From assembly GCA_965221125.1 (NCBI GenBank), contig CBDCRW010000005.1, positions 128,001 to 192,000 on the forward strand: a stretch of 64,000 nucleotides of DNA, read 5' to 3'. Under the pieces are notes generated by a model. It saw only the letters and a program-made list of their open reading frames with translations, had not been told where the DNA came from and made no database searches. Source of the stretch: Alphaproteobacteria bacterium. GTDB taxonomy: Bacteria > Pseudomonadota > Alphaproteobacteria > UBA828. Every line of letters starts with the position of its first letter. Positions within the stretch are counted from its first letter, which is position 1. The position numbers and the translations under genes are program-made. This document shows, in pieces, positions 59,046 to 64,000 of the stretch.

Positions 59046-60632
59046 GTGGCCCGCGTGATCACGGCGGACGAAGCGGCGGCGCTGATCCCCGACGGCGCCG
59101 TGGTCGCGGTCAGCGCGTCGAGCGGCCTCGGCTGTCCCGACCGCGTGCTGCGCGCCATCGGCGAGCGCTTCGAGAGCGCGGGCCACCCGCGCGGACTGAC
59201 GACGCTGCACCCCATCGCCGCCGGCGACATGTACGGCATCGGGGGGATCGACCATCTGGCCCGGCCCGGCCTGCTCGCCCGCGTGATCGCAGGCTCCCTG
59301 CCCTCCGGCCCGTCGTCCCTGCCGATGCCGGCGATCTGGCGGCTGATCGCCGACAACGCGATCCCGGCCTACAACGTGCCGAGCGGGATCCTCTACGACA
59401 TGATCCGCGATGCCGCGGCCAGGCGGCCGGGCGTGCTCACCAAGGTCGGCCTCGATACCTTCGTCGACCCCGAACTCCAGGGCTGTGCCATGAACGACGC
59501 GGCCGCGGCGGAGCCGATCGTCCGCCGCACCGAGTTCGACGGCGAGACGTGGCTCTACTTCCCGGCGATCGCGCCCGATGTCGCGATCATTCGCGGCACG
59601 ACGGCGGACGATCGCGGCAATGTCTCGTGGGAGCACGAGGGCGCCTACCTCGGCGCGCTCGACCAGGCGCTGGCGGCGCGCAACAACGGCGGCATCGTCA
59701 TCGCCCAGGTCAAGCGGCGCGCGGACGCCGGCACGCTGAAGCCCATGGCTGTCCACGTGCCGGGCGTTCTGGTTGACCACGTGGTGGTCGAGCCGGAGCA
59801 GTGGCAGACCACCCAGACCGTGTTCGACCCCGCCATCAGCGGGGAGTCGGTCCGCGCGGAGGAGAGCTTCGAGGTTCCCGACTTCGGGCCGGAGAAGGTC
59901 GTCGCCCGCCGCGTCGCCCTGGAGCTCAGCCAGGGCATGGCGGTGAACATCGGCTTCGGCATCGCCGCCAACGTGCCGCGCATCCTGCTGGAGGAAGGCG
60001 CGCACGGCACCGTCACCTGGGTCATCGAGCAGGGAGCGGTCGGCGGCATTCCGCTCCTCGGCTTTCAGTTCGGCTGCGCGGCCAACGCCGAAGCCATCAT
60101 CCCCTCGCCGCAGCAGTTCACCTACCTGCAGGGCGGCGGCTTCGACGCCTCCCTGCTGTCGTTCCTGGAGATCGACCGGGCGGGCAACGTCAACGTCTCC
60201 AGGCTCGCGGCACGCCCGCAGGTCACCGCCGGCGCCGGCGGCTTCGTGGACATCACGGCCAATGCGCCCCGCATCGTCTTCGCCGGCTACTTCACCGCCG
60301 GCGCGACGCTCGCCATCGAGGGCGGCGCGCTCCGGATCGAGCGCGAAGGGAAGGTGCGGAAGCTGGTCGAGCGGGTCGAGCACGTGACCTTCAGCGGCCG
60401 GCGCGCACGCGCGCAGGGCCAGGACGTCCTCTACGTCACCGAGCGCTGCGTGCTGCGCCTGGGCGAGAGCGGGCCGGAGGTGATCGAGGTCGCGCCGGGC
60501 GTGGACTTGGCGCGCGACGTGCTGGGGCAGGCGGCGTTCCCGCTCGCGGTCGCCGACGATCTCAGGGAAATGCCGACAAACCTGTTCCGGCCCGAGCCCA
60601 TGGGGCTCGCGCTCAGGGAGCGCGCGGCATGA
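59046..60632 (+). CDS. Acyl-CoA:acetate/3-ketoacid CoA-transferase (YdiF-like)
   Basis: GLDTFVDP, NIGFGI, EQGAVGG (catalytic Glu), GNVNVS, YVTERCV. Confidence 0.88.
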   Translation: MARVITADEAAALIPDGAVVAVSASSGLGCPDRVLRAIGERFESAGHPRGLTTLHPIAAGDMYGIGGIDHLARPGLLARVIAGSLPSGPSSLPMPAIWRLIADNAIPAYNVPSGILYDMIRDAAARRPGVLTKVGLDTFVDPELQGCAMNDAAAAEPIVRRTEFDGETWLYFPAIAPDVAIIRGTTADDRGNVSWEHEGAYLGALDQALAARNNGGIVIAQVKRRADAGTLKPMAVHVPGVLVDHVVVEPEQWQTTQTVFDPAISGESVRAEESFEVPDFGPEKVVARRVALELSQGMAVNIGFGIAANVPRILLEEGAHGTVTWVIEQGAVGGIPLLGFQFGCAANAEAIIPSPQQFTYLQGGGFDASLLSFLEIDRAGNVNVSRLAARPQVTAGAGGFVDITANAPRIVFAGYFTAGATLAIEGGALRIEREGKVRKLVERVEHVTFSGRRARAQGQDVLYVTERCVLRLGESGPEVIEVAPGVDLARDVLGQAAFPLAVADDLREMPTNLFRPEPMGLALRERAA

Positions 60633-61408
60633 GCGACGGGCGCGTCATAGTCGCGCGCGACGGCGCGCTCGCCCGCATCACGCTGGACCGGCCCGAAAAA
60701 CTCAACGCGCTGACGCCGGCGATGCTGGCCGGACTGCGCGACGCCGCAGAGCGCATCGAGCGCGACGACGGCATCCGCGTCGCCGTCCTGAGCGCGGCCG
60801 GCGAGCGAGCCTTCTGCGTCGGCGCCGACATCGAAGCCTGGGCCGGCGCCGATGCCCTCCACGTCTGGCGCCACTGGGTGCGGGACGGCCACGCCGTCTT
60901 CGACCGCATGGCGCGGCTGCGCCCGCCGCTGATCGCCGCCATCGAGGGCCTGGCGCTGGGCGGCGGGCTGGAGCTTGCGGCGACGGCCGACCTGCGTATC
61001 GCCGGAGCGGACGCAGCCTTCGGCCTGCCCGAGGCGGACGTCGGCGTGGTGCCCGGCTGGTCCGGCACCCAGCGCCTCGTCCGCGCCGTCGGCGCCGCTC
61101 CGGTCAAGCTGATGGCGCTCACGGGCGAGCGGCTGGACGCGCACGCTGCCGCGCGCGCCGGCGTGGTGCACCGGGTCGTGCCGGCGGGCACCGCGCTCGA
61201 TGCGGCGCTCGCCATGGCCGCACGCATCGCCGCGCGCGCTCCGGTCGCCGTCCAGCTCACCAAGCAGCTCATCAACGCCGCTGAGGGAGAAGACACGGCG
61301 GCGACCCTCGAAGCGCTCGCGTCCGGCGTCGCCGCCGGCACGCAGGATATCCGCGAAGGCATAGCGAGCTTTCGCGAGAAGCGGCCGCCGGTGTTCTCCA
61401 ACCGATGA
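60629..61408 (+). CDS. Enoyl-CoA hydratase/isomerase
   Basis: RPEKLNAL, FCVGADI, GGGLELA, FGLPE, GTQRL, FREKRPP. Confidence 0.9.
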   Translation: MSDGRVIVARDGALARITLDRPEKLNALTPAMLAGLRDAAERIERDDGIRVAVLSAAGERAFCVGADIEAWAGADALHVWRHWVRDGHAVFDRMARLRPPLIAAIEGLALGGGLELAATADLRIAGADAAFGLPEADVGVVPGWSGTQRLVRAVGAAPVKLMALTGERLDAHAAARAGVVHRVVPAGTALDAALAMAARIAARAPVAVQLTKQLINAAEGEDTAATLEALASGVAAGTQDIREGIASFREKRPPVFSNR

Positions 61409-61531
61409 GCGGCAGCGCAAGCAGGGCGGTGCATCGCCCGGAATATCGGACCGGCTCGCAACGGAATGCGCGAGCGAGCCGGCCGTTCAGAGTGTGAGAC
61501 GCGCATTCAACCAACCGAGGGGAGACCCGAC

Positions 61532-62797
61532 ATGACGATCCGATCCGTTCTGACCGCAGGCGTCGCAGGCGCTGCGATGACCCTTGCGGTCGGCCTGGCG
61601 CCTGCCGCCCAGGCCGCAGAAGAAGTCGAGGTGCTGCACTGGTGGACCTCGGGCGGCGAGGCTGCCGCGCTCAACGTCCTCAAGCAGGACCTCGAAGGCC
61701 AGGGCGTCACCTGGCAGGACATGCCCGTCGCAGGCGGCGGCGGCACCGAGGCGATGACCGTGCTGCGCGCGCGCGTCACCGCCGGCAATGCGCCGACCGC
61801 CGTGCAGATGCTGGGCTTCGACATCCAGGACTGGGCCGCCGAGGGCGCGCTCGCCGACCTCAACGCCGTTGCCGAAGCTGAGGGCTGGGACGGTGTGGTG
61901 CCGGCGGCGCTCCAGCGCTTCGCCAAGTACGACGGCAAGTGGATTTCGGCCCCGGTCAACGTGCACTCGACCAACTGGGTGTGGGCCAACAAGGCAATCC
62001 TGGACGAGCTCGGCATCGCCGCGCCCGGCACCTGGGACGAGCTGGTGGCCGCGCTCGACGCGATCCAGGGCGCGGGCTACGTGGCGCTGGCCCACGGCGG
62101 CCAGGCCTGGCAGGAGGCCACGATCTTCGACGGCGTCCTGATGTCCACCGGCGGGACCGATTTCTACCAGGCGGCCATGGTCGAGCTTGACCCGGCCGCG
62201 CTCGGCTCCGATACCATGAAGGAAGCGTTCGACCGCATGGCGACGCTGCGCTCCTACGTGGACGACAACTTCTCGGGCCGCGACTGGAACCTGGCCACCG
62301 CCATGGTCATCGAGGGCACGGCCGGCATGCAGATGATGGGCGACTGGGCCAAGGGCGAGTTCCTCAACGCCGGCAAGCAGCCGGGCGTCGACTTCGTCTG
62401 CTTCCGCCATCCCGGCACGCAGGGAACGGTGACCTTCAACGCCGACCAGTTCGCCATGTTCGCGGTGGGCGAAGAGCGCCGCTCCGCGCAGGAGAAGCTG
62501 GCATCTTCGATCATGTCGCCCTCCTTCCAGTCCGCCTTCAACGTGGTCAAGGGCTCGGTGCCCGCGCGCACGGACGTCTCCGACGAGGCCTTCGACGACT
62601 GCGGCAAGAAGGGCATGATGGACTTGGCGGAGGCCAACGCCAACGGCACGCTCTACGGCTCGTTCGCGCACGGCCACGCGTCGCCGGCGTCGGTGAAGAA
62701 CGCCATCTACGACGTCGTCACCGCCCACTTCAACGGCGAGTTCGATTCCGCGACCGCCGTGGAAGAGCTGGTGAACGCCGTCGAAGCGGCGATGTAG
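61532..62797 (+). CDS. Sugar ABC transporter substrate-binding protein
   Basis: Signal peptide, [27 protein letters not shown]. Confidence 0.92.
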   Translation: MTIRSVLTAGVAGAAMTLAVGLAPAAQAAEEVEVLHWWTSGGEAAALNVLKQDLEGQGVTWQDMPVAGGGGTEAMTVLRARVTAGNAPTAVQMLGFDIQDWAAEGALADLNAVAEAEGWDGVVPAALQRFAKYDGKWISAPVNVHSTNWVWANKAILDELGIAAPGTWDELVAALDAIQGAGYVALAHGGQAWQEATIFDGVLMSTGGTDFYQAAMVELDPAALGSDTMKEAFDRMATLRSYVDDNFSGRDWNLATAMVIEGTAGMQMMGDWAKGEFLNAGKQPGVDFVCFRHPGTQGTVTFNADQFAMFAVGEERRSAQEKLASSIMSPSFQSAFNVVKGSVPARTDVSDEAFDDCGKKGMMDLAEANANGTLYGSFAHGHASPASVKNAIYDVVTAHFNGEFDSATAVEELVNAVEAAM

Positions 62798-62882
62798 CAC
62801 GACTGGCCGACCGGCTCCGGCCCGCGCGCCGGGGCCGGTCGACCGTTCTCCCGGAAGGGCGGGGCATGCGGGTGTATCCGTC

Positions 62883-63782
62883 GTGATGGACTACGGTCGT
62901 TACCTGCGCGGCTGGGCGCAGCAGGCGCTGCCCCGGCTGGTGCTCGCGCCGAGCTTCGCGGCGATCGTGCTGTTCGTTTACGGCTTTATCGTCTTCACCG
63001 TTTACCTCTCGTTCACCAACTCCCGCATCCTGCCCAAGTTCAACCTGATCGGCTTCGAGAATTACGAGAAGCTGTTCGGGCTGCGCCACTGGTCGACGGC
63101 GGTCGAGAACCTGGCGATCTTCGGCGGGCTCTACATCGCCATCTGCACCGCGATCGGGCTCACCCTCGCCATCCTTCTGGATCAAAAGATCCGCAACGAG
63201 GGTGTGCTGAGGCCGATCTACCTCTACCCGATGGCGCTCAGCTTCATCGTCACGGGAACCGCGTGGAAGTGGTTCCTCGACCCCGGCATCGGGCTGGAGC
63301 AGACCCTGCAGAGCTGGGGCTGGGCGAGCTTCGAGTTCGACTGGATCAAGGACCGCCAGATGGCGATCTACACCATCGTGATCGCGGCGGTGTGGCAGAC
63401 CTCGGGCTTCGTCATGGCGATCTTCCTGGCGGGCCTGCGGGGCATCGACAACGAGATCATCAAGGCGGCGCAGATCGACGGCGCGTCGAACTTCAAGCTC
63501 TATGCGCGGATCATCATTCCGCAGCTGCGCCCTGCGTTCCTCTCCGCCTTCGTCGTCCTCGCCCACATGGCGATCAAGTCCTACGACCTGGTGGTGGCGC
63601 TCACCGGCGGCGGGCCGGGGCGGGCGACCGAGATGCCGGCGACCTTCATGTACTCCTACACCTTCACGCGCAACCAGATGGGGATCGGCGCGGGGTCTGC
63701 CGTGATCATGCTGATGATGATCGCGGCGATCATCGTGCCCTACCTCTATGCCGAGCTGCGGGAGCCGCGCCATGGCCGCTAG
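62883..63782 (+). CDS. Carbohydrate ABC permease 1
   Basis: TM segments; KAAQIDGAS (EAA loop); LTGGGPG. Confidence 0.92.
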   Translation: MMDYGRYLRGWAQQALPRLVLAPSFAAIVLFVYGFIVFTVYLSFTNSRILPKFNLIGFENYEKLFGLRHWSTAVENLAIFGGLYIAICTAIGLTLAILLDQKIRNEGVLRPIYLYPMALSFIVTGTAWKWFLDPGIGLEQTLQSWGWASFEFDWIKDRQMAIYTIVIAAVWQTSGFVMAIFLAGLRGIDNEIIKAAQIDGASNFKLYARIIIPQLRPAFLSAFVVLAHMAIKSYDLVVALTGGGPGRATEMPATFMYSYTFTRNQMGIGAGSAVIMLMMIAAIIVPYLYAELREPRHGR

Positions 63783-64000
63783 CGCTATCGAGACGGCGGT
63801 GCGCACCGGGCGGCTCACGCGGGCGCTGATCTACGCCGTGCTGCTGGTCTTCGTCGTCTACTACCTGCTGCCGCTCTTCGTCATGATGGTGAACTCGTTC
63901 AAGGAGCTGGACGAGATCCGCGGCGGCAACATGCTGGCGCTGCCGGAGCTCGCCACCATCGCGCCCTGGATCAAGGCCTGGAACCAGGCGCAGATCGGGG
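63772..64000 (+). CDS. Carbohydrate ABC permease 2 (runs off window)
   Basis: MAASAIE...YLLPLFVMMVNSFK; overlaps the permease 1 stop. Confidence 0.8.
   Translation, partial: MAASAIETAVRTGRLTRALIYAVLLVFVVYYLLPLFVMMVNSFKELDEIRGGNMLALPELATIAPWIKAWNQAQIG

Noticed and set aside
62805-62842. Hairpin after the ABC binding-protein gene as a terminator or ncRNA
   Set aside because: No U-tract; such stems are ordinary mRNA-stabilising elements in ABC operons.

Overview
A GC-rich chromosomal segment, most likely from an alphaproteobacterium, based on gene order (LsrB/VtlR-like LysR, xseB-ispA-tlyA, miaB-phoH-ybeY-corC-lnt, afr-type sugar cluster). About 58 plausible CDS, mostly catabolic enzymes acting on C-N bonds, amines, amino sugars and acid sugars. 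Examples are hydantoinase B, N,N-dimethylformamidase subunits, a GS-like ligase, nitrilase, tandem amidases, hydroxyproline epimerase and NagA/ROK. Accessory DNA: (1) one complete ISAs1-family element (13023-15112, 10-bp target duplication) whose transposase carries an N-terminal DUF4338/Mom-like domain and which has two nested right ends; (2) two lower-GC toxin-antitoxin islets; (3) two dispersed multi-hairpin repeat families, A (5 copies, with compensatory base changes) and B (4 copies). Other notable points: a candidate alpha-r8/MmgR-like sRNA, an animal-like spondin domain, a triad-less HtrA-like protein, msrP without msrQ, and empty slots where dxs and dxr normally sit. No CRISPR array, tRNA or rRNA was seen. 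All family calls come from reading motifs by eye, not from database searches.
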